A DNA stretch of 63,488 nucleotides, counting the filler, from Octopus bimaculoides (Eukaryota): NCBI RefSeq assembly GCF_001194135.2. It is 4 parts of 3 records of this genome, joined end to end, with 100 filler letters (N's around TTAATTAATTAA, not from the genome) between each part and the next. Parts side by side here need not be neighbours in the genome. Positions count along the whole stretch, not along the records: positions 41,347 to 61,759 come from NC_068982.1; positions 61,860 to 63,488 come from NW_026364003.1; 2 more parts are not named here. One strand, written 5' to 3'. Below are positions 51,131 through 63,488 of the stretch, one piece after another. The notes under the pieces were generated by a model. The model worked only from the letters and a program-made list of their open reading frames with translations. It had not been told where the DNA came from and did no database searches. How positions within the stretch are numbered: the first letter of the stretch is position 1; each line of letters begins with the position of its first letter. The position numbers and the translations under genes are program-made.

Positions 51131-52130
51131 ACGACACCCCAATCTCGCGCCATTTCTGCTCAACTAGTCCTTTCTTGCAACATCTGTTCGAACCGTCTGC
51201 GTCTGAAGCTAGAATTAATTTTGTTTTTCCCACTTTAATCCCTCGGAGTCGAAATCTTCACCCCTTTTCATTTAAGCCTTTCATTCACACACACTTACAG
51301 ACGCCACCCACCACTTACGATTCCACTATCTCCTCAATTTCTAAAATCCACACACCAACACTACAATGTTGAACTTACTGCCTAACACCACACGCACACC
51401 AACACATTCAAACTGCATATGCATAAACTTAGATTTACACAATACTTCTTTCTACTTCACACACACTACCATCAACACTTATTTTCCTCGTACTACCCAC
51501 CTTCGGACTTAATATAGAATAATACACCTACATTTCCCAACTCTTACAACTTTTCTCACCTTTATTCTACGTAACATCTCTATCAATTGTCATACACACG
51601 CACAAACATACGCAGTAGAAAGGCACACTATAGCTTCATACACAGACATGCACTTTCACAGACACACATATGTCAGATAGCCCCACGTAACCACACATAA
51701 ACCGAAACATGGACACACACACGTATATGAACATGCAGGAACACAAATATACAAGCATACATCAACCTCACACACGCGTACGCGCGCTTTCATACACATA
51801 TGTCAGATTCCTAGTTTTCCCCCATGCCTTCCGCGCCACAAGTCACCTCTCACAGTTATGCCTCTTGTCACTGACGACCTCCAGCATACGCTTCATACTT
51901 CTAGCCATTTCAGCATTCGTTGGCTGTCTAACTGAGACACATTTGTTCTTTCTCTCTCGATTTTATAGAAGACCATATGCTCGAAACCTAAATAAATTTT
52001 GCTTTTGCTTCCCTGAAGTTAAACTTGAAATATTTTTTTCATTTTATTACATCGCCTTGGCGTTGTTTATAATTTTGCTTTATATTTGTGTGTGTTTGTG
52101 AGTATATATATATGTGTGTGTGTATGTGTA

Positions 52131-52180
<50 letters not shown>

Positions 52181-53117
52181 AGAGAGTGAGAGAGACAGAC
52201 AGAGAAATATATCTGAGCTGTAATACAACAGACTACATTTCAAAATATTTCATGGCAAGTTAACGCACCAGGCTCTTAAAAAAAATCAGTGAGCTTCATT
52301 ATATAGTCACTCGGCAGATCTCACTCAGCGACGAATAGACTGCGCGGGGAACTCACTCATTGTTTTACTGCATTTCTGTCTACAGCTAGAAATTTTCTCC
52401 ATAACAAAATACACTGAATCACTTTCTTACACCTTCGAATATGTCTTAAGCATATTTCAATTGGTAACAAGTTTCTATTTATATGTATCACTACTTATCA
52501 CCTCTTATTTAAATCACGGTGAGTCGCTGAATAGTGCAACTAATTATTCAGCGATGACGGGAACATCATAACAGGGGCTGGTTTCTCGTGTCAGTTCGTA
52601 TCGTTTCCCTTTTCTGTACCTGTCACTGAATCGGAGATATTATTCCGAAAAGCATGCATTTAGCAGTTCAGTTAAGGAAAAAAGACTGGATGCGTTTACA
52701 CCTTGCTATTTGTTGCGAAAAATGTTTTCCTTGAAATATAATAGTGAATGACTTTCTTACGGGTTCGAATATATCTGAATCATATTTGAACTGATAACAA
52801 GTATATATATATATATATATATATAAAGAGAGAAAAGGATAAAGAGACCAATGGCAAAGTTAGAAAAATAAAATAAAATAAAATATATTTCTAACTTTGC
52901 CANNNNNNNNNNNNNNNNNNNNNNNNNNNNNNNNNNNNNNNNNNNNNNNNNNNNNNNNNNNNNNNNNNNNNNNNNNNNNNNNNNNNNNNNNNNNNNNNNN
53001 NNNNNNNNNNNNNNNNNNNNNNNNNNNNNNNNNNNNNNNNNNNNNNNNNNNNNNNNNNNNNNNNNNNNNNNNNNNNNNNNNNNNNNNNNNNNNNNNNNNN
53101 NNNNNNNNNNNNNNNNN

Positions 53118-53162
<45 letters not shown>

Positions 53163-53851
53163 CACATATAAACAAATGTACAACAGTCACTCATGAACGC
53201 CAATAAAATAATGATTATTGTATGTGGATATCCATATAAATTTATTTATTTATGATGGTCTCTATATTTATATTGACATATATTCATATACATTCATAAA
53301 CACATAGTTATTTCTGTGTATTGATGAAAGTATGATTGTCTCTACGTGGCAGTGAATAATATCTTAATGTCATATTTCTAATGATCACTGAATATAACCT
53401 TAGTTTTGATTAAAACATGTGACATAAACTAAAAATTTTATCTTCTTTAGAAAAGAAGTTCAACTGATGTGGAATATTTTTACCAAACATGCTCACGTTA
53501 TTAAATCAAATCTGTTTGTTGTCACGTTTTTGACATTTTCAATTTATCAACGCGCAAACCATGGAAGAGCCTAGAGACTTCAATGATACAAAATAAAACC
53601 GCAGATGTAAAAAAGAATATTATCATCAAGAGCGTTTAATCTGTTTTTCATCGGTATAGGTAAAACAATTTTATAACTAGACCGACTAAATGCAGAAAAG
53701 CTGACCAAACCGATTTATAAAGCAGAGTTTGAAGAAATTAAAAGAATGATGTTGAATAGAAATACATGATAAATCTATCAGCGTTAACGGAGAACACTTG
53801 GTTAGTAATGACACATGTACTTAACCATGGGCTCCTTTTTAACTGGCATAT

Positions 53852-54545
53852 ATAAAGGGTGTACCTAAAAATGAACATACAATTTAACAGCTGATAATTT
53901 AATATTCATTTTCTTTTAAATCTAAAACTTTAGACTTAACGAAGGGAGCCAGTCAAAACTTTGAACAAAGGGAATTTATTTTATAATGGTACTTGAATTT
54001 CAAAAAGGTAGTCGAAGTTCAAAGACACTTTAGGAGATAATATCTAATAGATCAACCTACGTGCCACTTACCATCGCTCGAATTAAAATTGGAGCAGTTC
54101 ACAATGACTACAAGATACGTTGCAGAAGACTGCAAATGTCGATGAACCCATCAAAGCAAGAGAAAGTGTTAACAATGCATTTCCAGTGTTTAAGAAAACC
54201 TGCGTGGCAAGTGAGTCGTGAGATACCAATTTCATAATCATGTGACTATCGCATTTTCGAGCGCTGCAATCGGGGAAAATTACGTTTGTAGTATAGTCCA
54301 TGCTCTCAATGAAGATGACCCGGGCGGAAAAGTGGAGTTTTTGAGCGATACTATAGAAGAAGGAGAAGCTACATTTCAATTAAATGGCACAGATAACCAC
54401 TACAATTTTACATATTGGGGACCTGAGTGTTCGTGTATTCCAGTAGAACATTATGTTAATTTATCAGGAGTTACATTATGATGCGTCTCACCGTCTGATT
54501 TCCAAAGACCTGTCATAATCAACCGATACCTACCGATGTTTCAAT
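53852..54545 (+). mobile_element. Tc1/mariner superfamily (Tc3-like) transposase remnant
   Basis: IVHALNEDDPGGKVEF...EATFQLNGTDNHYNFTYWGPE...VEHYVNLSGVTL, resembling DEATF.LNG.VN.HN..YW; candidate TIR start TAAAGGGTGT at ~53852. Confidence 0.7.
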
Positions 54546-57059
54546 ATCTATATAGCCAGTAAGGCGGCGAGACGGTTGGATCGTTAGCATGCCGGATAAA
54601 ATTCTTAGCGAAATTTCCTCCGTCTTTGTGTTCTGCGTTCAAATTCCGCCGTAACCACCTTTGTTTTTCATCCTATCGAAGTCGATAAGTACCAGTCATG
54701 CACTGGCGCCTATGTTACCGACGAGCCCCACTTCTCTACAAAATATTTCAGTCCGTGTGTTTATAGCAGAAAAGATTTTGTATGTTGCTGGAAAGGATTT
54801 TGTACGTTACCAGTGCCCACATCTTGAGGACTTGTAACAGACTGCACCGCTTAAGTAAGGTACGTCATGTGAAACGGTGGGAACAAGACAACAGAGTCAC
54901 TTTCGAGAACACTAATGCACAGTCATTACACCTACTAAGGAAGGCGAATTCGACTTTTATCTCACACAGAGTATACATGTTGTGACAATTACATTCCTAA
55001 AATTGCTATACATTCTCCCACCCACAATATATTCTTTTCTCCTCTAGGCAGAAGGCCCAAAATTTTGGGGGAGGGGACCAGTTGATTAGATCGACCCCAG
55101 TCTGCAACTGATACTTAATTTATCGACCCTGAAAGGATGAAAGTCAAAGTCGACCTTGGCGGAATTTGAACTCAGAACGTAAAGACAGCTCACTGCCTTG
55201 TCACCCACAATATATTATGATCTCACATCATACTAATGTAATTATTTTTTTTGAACTAGGTAACATTTCGGTATTAATAGCTTGTTGATCTATATTGAAG
55301 ACGTTCTGATTACGAATCAGAGATGTTGCTAGTTCTATGCAAACAAACATCTCTAAAGAGACTCACACTTTTCAACTCAGTTTGACTTTTTATAATCGTT
55401 CTGTAAATACTTAATATCGTCATTTTTACTGAAAACTACTACTTCCCCGGTGTTTTCTTTGTCACATTTTTGTTTTAACCTAAATATATCACGCTATAGA
55501 TGTTCAGTCAAAAGCCATCTGACCCATCATCGAGAATACATTGTAATTCGCGTGTATCTTAGACTAACTGCAATTTCAACGGTCTGTCAAATATTGTTGG
55601 ATTATTGTCCAGCAGAAAGACTTTGAACTGTCCATTATCCAATTAGGTTTGATATGTACTATTTGGGGGCCGATTTGGCCACTCTAATAAAGTGAGTTTT
55701 ATAAATGACATGACAAGAGGCGTCAAGTAGTGTGTGTTGCTTTAGAGGTTCCTGTACGTGCAACAGCAGCAACATTCTTGATACTTGAGCAATGCTGCAA
55801 TACAGTTGCCCAATCTTTCTGAATTGCCCAATGTCTCAAATATGATATTAAGATCTCTCTCTCTCATGTCAGTTTTAAAACTTATAAGATACTGAGATAC
55901 CATCCTGGCAACATAACATATAATCATTGTAATTTGAATTTACAGAGATTGGATAATTATACAAGTGTTTACATCTGTATAGCTATGCAGTCTATTGAAA
56001 AACTTTAGCTATACATTACAAGGCAACGCCACATTACTATTATTGTATGATTCACGTGCGGAAATAATTTTATATAAAGTGGGTCAATGATATCTAAACA
56101 TTTTAATTATAAACAGAACAGTGCAAGTTTGACAAAAGACGATTTAGCAAAAGTTGGCTAATTTCAAGTAACCACATTAAGCAACGGAGTGATAGAATAA
56201 ATAGATCGCATTTTTTTGGTTTCTTTGTGCTCCTATTTTAACTCCCGCTAAGGTAAAATTTTATTTTTGAACTGTCGGGCTTGATAAGATCTCTGAATAA
56301 ACGGGATTCATATAGCGTCGGACAAGATACCACACGATATATCTTCTGGGCTTTTGAAATTTTATTTCAGTACAAAATGTACAGTTGACTAGGGCTTATA
56401 CACTTACCACGAAAGCATGCCATTCTACCTACAAAACATCAGAACGGACATAGAGGTTTACGAGCAGCATAGATGAGTTGTTTACAACTGGTGAAGCTTT
56501 CACCCAATCGTATATTGACATCGGCCGGAAGAAACTGAAATCAGTACTGTTCTCTAATATTTTGAAGTTTATGTATGATCAGAATATGAAGTTCAGACCA
56601 TTTGTTATCCTCTACTGCCGAAATTGTGCGTGATGTAAACACTATAAAACAAAATTAACTTCTTACTACACGGAAAATTTTATTATTGCCCCAAATAACC
56701 TTGAACAGCAAAGTTGAAGACATATTACCGATATATCACGAATAAATAATATGTTCTACTGTCCTATCACAGTTTCAGCAAAACCTCACAAGCATCTGCA
56801 TACAGGAAACAAAAAAAATAAACATAACAATTATATTATTCATTATTCTTCTGCACTACTGTTATTACGTATTATCATATATGATTTGAAAATTTATTTG
56901 ATTTGATGTTTAAAATAAATTGAGAGTACGTGGAGATATAATATTAGATATTAAATTCAAATCTCTAAGGAAAATAAATATCATCGCTTAGTTCCCCGAA
57001 GAAAACAGCCATTTTCAAAACAACTACAACAGTACGATGATACCCTACATCAATATACG

Positions 57060-57093
<34 letters not shown>

Positions 57094-60000
57094 TGTATGT
57101 ATGTATGTATATATATATATATTTCAGAAACCGAAATGCNNNNNNNNNNNNNNNNNNNNNNNNNNNNNNNNNNNNNNNNNNNNNNNNNNNNNNNNNNNNN
57201 NNNNNNNNNNNNNNNNNNNNNNNNNNNNNNNNNNNNNNNNNNNNNNNNNNNNNNNNNNNNNNNNNNNNNNNNNNNNNNNNNNNNNNNNNNNNNNNNNNNN
57301 NNNNNNNNNNNNNNNNNNNNNNNNNNNNNNNNNNNNNNNNNNNNNNNNNNNNNNNNNNNNNNNNNNNNNNNNNNNNNNNNNNNNNNNNNNNNNNNNNNNN
57401 NNNNNNNNNNNNNNNNNNNNNNNNNNNNNNNNNNNNNNNNNNNNNNNNNNNNNNNNNNNNNNNNNNNNNNNNNNNNNNNNNNNNNNNNNNNNNNNNNNNN
57501 NNNNNNNNNNNNNNNNNNNNNNNNNNNNNNNNNNNNNNNNNNNNNNNNNNNNNNNNNNNNNNNNNNNNNNNNNNNNNNNNNNNNNNNNNNNNNNNNNNNN
57601 NNNNNNNNNNNNNNNNNNNNNNNNNNNNNNNNNNNNNNNNNNNNNNNNNNNNNNNNNNNNNNNNNNNNNNNNNNNNNNNNNNNNNNNNNNNNNNNNNNNN
57701 NNNNNNNNNNNNNNNNNNNNNNNNNNNNNNNNNNNNNNNNNNNNNNNNNNNNNNNNNNNNNNNNNNNNNNNNNNNNNNNNNNNNNNNNNNNNNNNNNNNN
57801 NNNNNNNNNNNNNNNNNNNNNNNNNNNNNNNNNNNNNNNNNNNNNNNNNNNNNNNNNNNNNNNNNNNNNNNNNNNNNNNNNNNNNNNNNNNNNNNNNNNN
57901 NNNNNNNNNNNNNNNNNNNNNNNNNNNNNNNNNNNNNNNNNNNNNNNNNNNNNNNNNNNNNNNNNNNNNNNNNNNNNNNNNNNNNNNNNNNNNNNNNNNN
58001 NNNNNNNNNNNNNNNNNNNNNNNNNNNNNNNNNNNNNNNNNNNNNNNNNNNNNNNNNNNNNNNNNNNNNNNNNNNNNNNNNNNNNNNNNNNNNNNNNNNN
58101 NNNNNNNNNNACATACACATATACATATACATATATATATATATACGTATATATATATTTCATATATTCTTGCAGTAAGTAATGATATTTTGATATCGAA
58201 TATGGAAAATTGTCTTTATAGTAAGAAAATCTCTTTATAGAAATTATGCTCAACCAAAGATATTTCACACCCAAGAAACCGATAACCTTGCCTCATTTGC
58301 TTACATTGTGCACGAGGCTTATAAGCATAGTTATTTACAGTTAGAATGATAGTATACTTGCAAAGTGATCCATTCACGAAGCTTTATATGTTTATAGATA
58401 CATTTATGACAACCAAAATCAATTGGAGCAAGTGAGAACCCACCTACACCTACATAAAAAGAAAACAGAAGTAACTGTTTATATATATGTGTGTGTGTGT
58501 TTATGTGTGTGTGTGTGTGGTTCTATGTGCATGTATTTATGTACGTGAGAATTTAAAGGGCCTTACAGCAGTTTTATACTCATTTGAATAGTAGTATATA
58601 TTTGTTTATTATTAGTCAAATCTTACAATGTCTGTGTTTCATATTTTGTTCCATTAGGCAGTGTGAAAAGCGAAAATATATGGATAAGATATGCAGTTAT
58701 AATAGTTTGGATTTGGTACAGTTGAATAAGAATGCAATATATGTAGATTTAATCATAACTATTCAAAGATGTAAAGTACTCGTACTATTTACCTGTTCGC
58801 TTGCATCATAACAGTATAGAAAATTATAATCAGAAGAAAACATGTTTGCCAAAACTAACCCAAAATGTAGGGTATTATTCGCAGAATTTTAGCTTACGAT
58901 AGGTTTCTTGGCTCACGGTTCAATAATGAGGTTTCTCATGTAGCTTTCAACAAAAGTCATGAAGGACGGAAAGATCTAAAATCAATTAAACATTGGTAGA
59001 TTCTTTGAAAAATAACATAGAGAAATAAATGGCAATTCCTTTGCATTCTCTGTGACCTACTGTTTACGATATAAAAACGATCACATATTTTTATGCAGTA
59101 GTGATCAAAGTGTACGATATGCTTCAGCAGTAAAAAAAGAGGGAACGCTCAATCGTCAGCAAAAATCAGCAAATGTATTTAAAAAGCGAAATATTTAAAA
59201 CATTAATTATAATCACATTTCCAAGTTTTTCTTTAAAAAAGTGTTGGAGCAACAAACAGTTTGTTAGATATCAGGTTCTATCTAACTGAACAAGCTTAGC
59301 TGCAACGAAATAAATCTTCACTTTATTAACTATTATCCCTGTAATATCTTAACCTATTTCTAGGCTGCTTCAGTTTTATAAATGGATGAGAGCTCTTCAT
59401 TTTCTAATTGATTTCCGGCAAGTTTATGATTTTACACACATTTACATTTAACTATAGTGCAATAAACAAATTCCAGTACGTTCTATATCATACATTTTTC
59501 ACAAAAGGCCCACGTTGTAATTTAATGTAATAAGTACCAATGTCTTCAAAATATTTCATTCAAATTATAGTTGTTGCCTTAATTTCTAGATATTCATGTC
59601 AGATATTCTAGTTTTTGTCCTATAGTTTCTTGATAGAATATTTTTCATCCTGTGCTAACCATGTTGATATTCTCTCCTATTCAACTGAGACTACATATAA
59701 ATATTTACAGATGAAACACTATTGCTTTTCTATTTCCCTCAGTTCATGTGCAATCAAAACAGATGAAACATGTAGTAATAAGAACGCCACTGAATGGTAC
59801 AACAACATTTAATTTCCACAGGCTCGTGAATCTTATATGTCATTCAAAATTTCGTATTAACAATGGTCATCTGGAATCTCGTCATTCCATAATTTAATAC
59901 AATTCCTATTTTCTAAACACACACACACACATACACACATATATATACATATGTGTGTGTGCTCATCCATACATTTACATATGAAATATAAACTAACGAG

Positions 60001-60166
60001 AATCATCGTCATTGGCTTAGAGTTTTCCCTGCTTTTACGGACTTACACCCAATGTAATTATGTAAATCTTGTCTTCTTCATACATTGCTTAAATATTATT
60101 ATGCTTCCAATTCAGGATGTCAGTGAATCCAGGCCGAATGACCGTCAGAGATGGCAATATAGAAGT

Positions 60167-60198
<32 letters not shown>

Positions 60199-61474
60199 NN
60201 NNNNNNNNNNNNNNNNNNNNNNNNNNNNNNNNNNNNNNNNNNNNNNNNNNNNNNNNNNNNNNNNNNNNNNNNNNNNNNNNNNNNNNNNNNNNNNNNNNNN
60301 NNNNNNNNNNNNNNNNNNNNNNNNNNNNNNNNNNNNNNNNNNNNNNNNNNNNNNNNNNNNNNNNNNNNNNNNNNNNNNNNNNNNNNNNNNNNNNNNNNNN
60401 NNNNNNNNNNNNNNNNNNNNNNNNTTAAAATACCCACCGATTTTGGAGGTGCAATTATTTTTTGCCCTTCACCAAATATAAATTCCGTTTTCTAATTCAC
60501 AACAGGAAGTCGAAACTGTTCGATATAAGTTCTTCCATTTCTTCTTTCTAGACTTGGGTTTATACGCTGAATTTATTTATTTTCTTTTTGTATAATAGTT
60601 ATTATACCCTTGTCTCGTGGCTTGCGAGATTTACACGGACGTTTAAACTAATTAAACACAGACAGACAGACAGACAGACAGGCAGACAGACAGACAGACA
60701 GGCAGACAAGCAGACAAGCGCGCGCACACACACACACATACACACGCATGCACATGCACACACAAAAACAGAGAGAAAGCGATTGTGAATATGTGCTTTG
60801 TAAATAGAACGTGATTAAACCTCACCAGTCTTCCACAGAAGCCCAAGAGCTGGCTGTCTTCTGTCGACAGGCTATTGCTATTTTATCACGTATGATAACT
60901 CGAGTTCGTTGAAGGGGAAAAGAGACACTAACTTGGAATTATTTAGTAAAAGTGCTATAGGAAAAATGCGACGATTTTGAAAGTTTTCATATCAGTGTAT
61001 TGGCTGGCGCGTTTTATTTTAGTAAACCAAAGAATAAGTGGGGAGAGAATAGATAAACAGAAATCAGTCCCCGTGCATTCGTTTCATGAATATATATATA
61101 TATCGTCTTTTGTGTGTATATATACATTGATATAGGTTAATGATTTATTGACGTCTGCTCTATGTAGTTAAATTCCCGATATCATCCGAATTTATTTCGA
61201 ATATATTGACTTTGATATCAAGGAAATATATCCCAATAAATATTGCCATTGATTAATTTCACCGTAAGAGATAAAATTAAGGAACTCGAAAATTCATTGC
61301 TATTTAGGTTTACGTAATTAAACACATTTTGATCAATGAAATTTTATAGTGCTCTTATCAATACTTTTTTTATTGGGTAGGAATACATTTTTCTAAATGA
61401 AATATATACATATTATCCATTATATATGCCTATGCATATATAGTAAATATACTTATCAAATATATATATATATG

Positions 61475-61759
61475 GGAGAATGTACGAAAAAAAACAATAA
61501 CAGACGAGGACAGGTGGTGTAAACAACAAGATGATGTATTAGTATGACGCTCGGGAATACGGAAAATCTTTAACGTTTCGAGCTACGCTCTTCAACAGAA
61601 AGAATACGGAGAAAAACACGGAGAAAAAAAATTGAATGGTGTTGGTCAACGGTCTATCATAGCTTCTGCTGACCGGAAGTTAGAAAGTTTACACAGGAGA
61701 GCGAAGAAAAGGGGGAGATAACAAAGGGGGAGAAAGAACGGTGATCGAAGAACGAGGAG
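61475..61759 (-). mobile_element. Penelope-like pLTR fragment (family shared with 29270-29450)
   Basis: Shares AACAGACGAGGACAGGTGGTGTA...ACGCTCGGGAAT...GAGC(C)TACGCTCTTC(A/C)ACAGAAAGA with 29270-29450; starts at (TA)n. Confidence 0.6.
61567..61603 (-). ncRNA. Hammerhead-like motif (variant core) in Penelope-like pLTR
   Basis: Minus: UCUUU-CUGUUGA-A-GAGC-GUA-GCUC-GAA-ACGU-U-AAAGA. Stems I and II pair, stem III is a loopless palindrome ACGU, core A6 is replaced by U. Confidence 0.55.
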
Positions 61760-62453
61760 NNNNNNNNNNNNNNNNNNNNNNNNNNNNNNNNNNNNNNNNN
61801 NNNTTAATTAATTAANNNNNNNNNNNNNNNNNNNNNNNNNNNNNNNNNNNNNNNNNNNNTAATGTTACCCCATTTTAAACTATTGACATTTTCTGTGATA
61901 TACGATACCCTTTTTTTTTGGCCCCTACCGATCCCTTTTGATCGGATTTTTTAATTTTTATTTTACCTTTTTTTTTAAATTTTTAAAGAAAAGCTCTACA
62001 GTTATATTTGTCCCCTCTGTGTGCAGCCCTGTGTGGCTAATAAAAGAAAGATATCTATCTATACATACATACATACATACATACATACATACATACATAC
62101 ATACATACCTGCAGAATGTTTCTTTATCGGTTGTGGCAGCAGGCTTAAAGCTCTTAGCACAGTGCAGTTTTGCCATTTCTTCGCAATCCACTTTAAATGC
62201 CTTGACACCTAAAAAACGAGAAGTTCTGCTTAAAAATCTCAAAGTTTTGTAACAACACCGTCACTTCTGTTTGTTGTGCATTCATGCCATACAGAGTATG
62301 CATATGGTTGTTTGATGCTAGAATCTATAGATATGTGGGTGTAGTGAACGTGTTTCAGTATAGTTCTGGTCGAGTATTTGGTCGTTTCAGGGGATAACAA
62401 CATGCTCTTAGTAATATATAGAAACATGAATGGGGGATAAATATATATACACA

Positions 62454-62536
<83 letters not shown>

Positions 62537-62549
62537 TTATCTATCTATC

Positions 62550-63106
62550 TAATTGCTGGTGTCAGTTTGTTGGCCAGCAAAGCACTGTATCCTGCACTGT
62601 TGATCGTACACCCCTTTTCCAGGTAGTCTTCCAGCATAGGTAATTTTGAGTCCCAAAATAGGGTTAGTATCACCTTTCCCTGGTGAGCCAGGATGTTTCC
62701 AGTACATACGCTGTCTTTTCGATCCTGCCCTATAATGATGGATCCGTCTGCCGTTACGTTCTGAGTTCAAATTCCGCCGAGGTCGACTTTGCCTTTCATC
62801 CTTTCTTTTGTCCCCTCTGTGTTTAGCCCCTTGTGGGCAATAAAGAAATAAGAACCATGACTAATCTACAGAGAATGAGCTATCTCATCGATGAACACTC
62901 GCCGGTTCACAACTACCATCTCTTGAACTTGTTGAATCTTCTCGACAGTGGTGGAGGTCCAGGGGTATGCTGCTCCCTCTTCGTACGTCATGATTGTCTG
63001 GCCACTTTTAAACTTCTCGATCCACACATACACACATCTACGCGGTAGTGCACTGTTCCCGTTTGGTGGTAAAAGCGTCCGATGAATTTCAGCACCTGAT
63101 ATATTT
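62550..63106 (-). mobile_element. Mariner transposase remnant interrupted by a SINE
   Basis: SGAEIHR...CVYVWIEKFKSGQT...VEKIQQVQEMVVVNRRVFIDEIAHSL | SINE | IHHYRAGSKRQRMYWKHPGSP...GKVILTLFWDSKLPMLEDYLEKGCTINSAGY. Confidence 0.88.
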
Positions 63107-63280
63107 CCGAACCTGGGCGTCGACGAGGAATACCTGACCCACCTGTTTAAGACGACCTTCGGGCCGGGACCTATGGACAACTTCCAGAGATCCCTGGCCT
63201 GGCAGTGCTATCGAGAAGCTCTACCCGTTCGGGATAAGCTCTACCGGCATGGCTCGAGAAACACGGGGCCGACCTGTTCT
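63107..63280 (+). mobile_element. L1/Tx1-type LINE C-terminal fragment (zf-RVT-like region)
   Basis: Open, GC-rich: PNLGVDEEYLTHLFKTTFGPGPMDNFQRSLAWQCYREALPVRDKLYRHGSRNTGPTC. Confidence 0.6.
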
Positions 63281-63488
63281 TCTTTGGCGCATATTGCTAG
63301 TGGAGCGACCGTGCTTACATTGTAAAGTCAGAAAGAAAAATGGTGAGATCACTTCGATCATATGACCGCAATAATACCAACTCTAAGCAGGCATGCGCAG
63401 AAAGTAGTGTGAGAATTATAAAATAATAAAGATATGTTATAGTGAAAGTGCAGATAAGTTTTGACTTCCGCTCGTGTGTATGTGTGTG

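Overview
Eukaryotic, AT-rich, repeat-saturated draft-assembly DNA with about 20 N-gaps. The dominant SINE families and microsatellite density point to an octopus (cephalopod) genome; this is inference, not a database result. No intact protein-coding gene can be supported, and almost all ORF-track entries are microsatellite or N-gap translations. Supported content: (i) a full-length U2 snRNA copy (32244-32432, minus) with a 15-bp flanking direct repeat and several substitutions at conserved positions; (ii) several hammerhead-ribozyme motifs in Penelope-like pLTR fragments embedded in (TA)n arrays, one fully canonical (47279-47327, minus); (iii) a same-strand stack of R4/Dong-type RLE LINE fragments separated by (TAA)n tracts (9.2-12.9 kb); (iv) remnants of mariner, Tc1, hAT, piggyBac-like, CR1, L1/Tx1 and Penelope elements; (v) many copies of three to four SINE families; (vi) long inverted repeats and hairpins; (vii) assembly artefacts (three 100-bp N44-TTAATTAATTAA-N44 joins and an Illumina adapter end). 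CpG looks depleted left of about 27-28 kb and retained to the right, so the left part may be intron of a methylated host gene. Two weak minus-strand exon candidates are noted. Repeat boundaries are approximate (read by eye).
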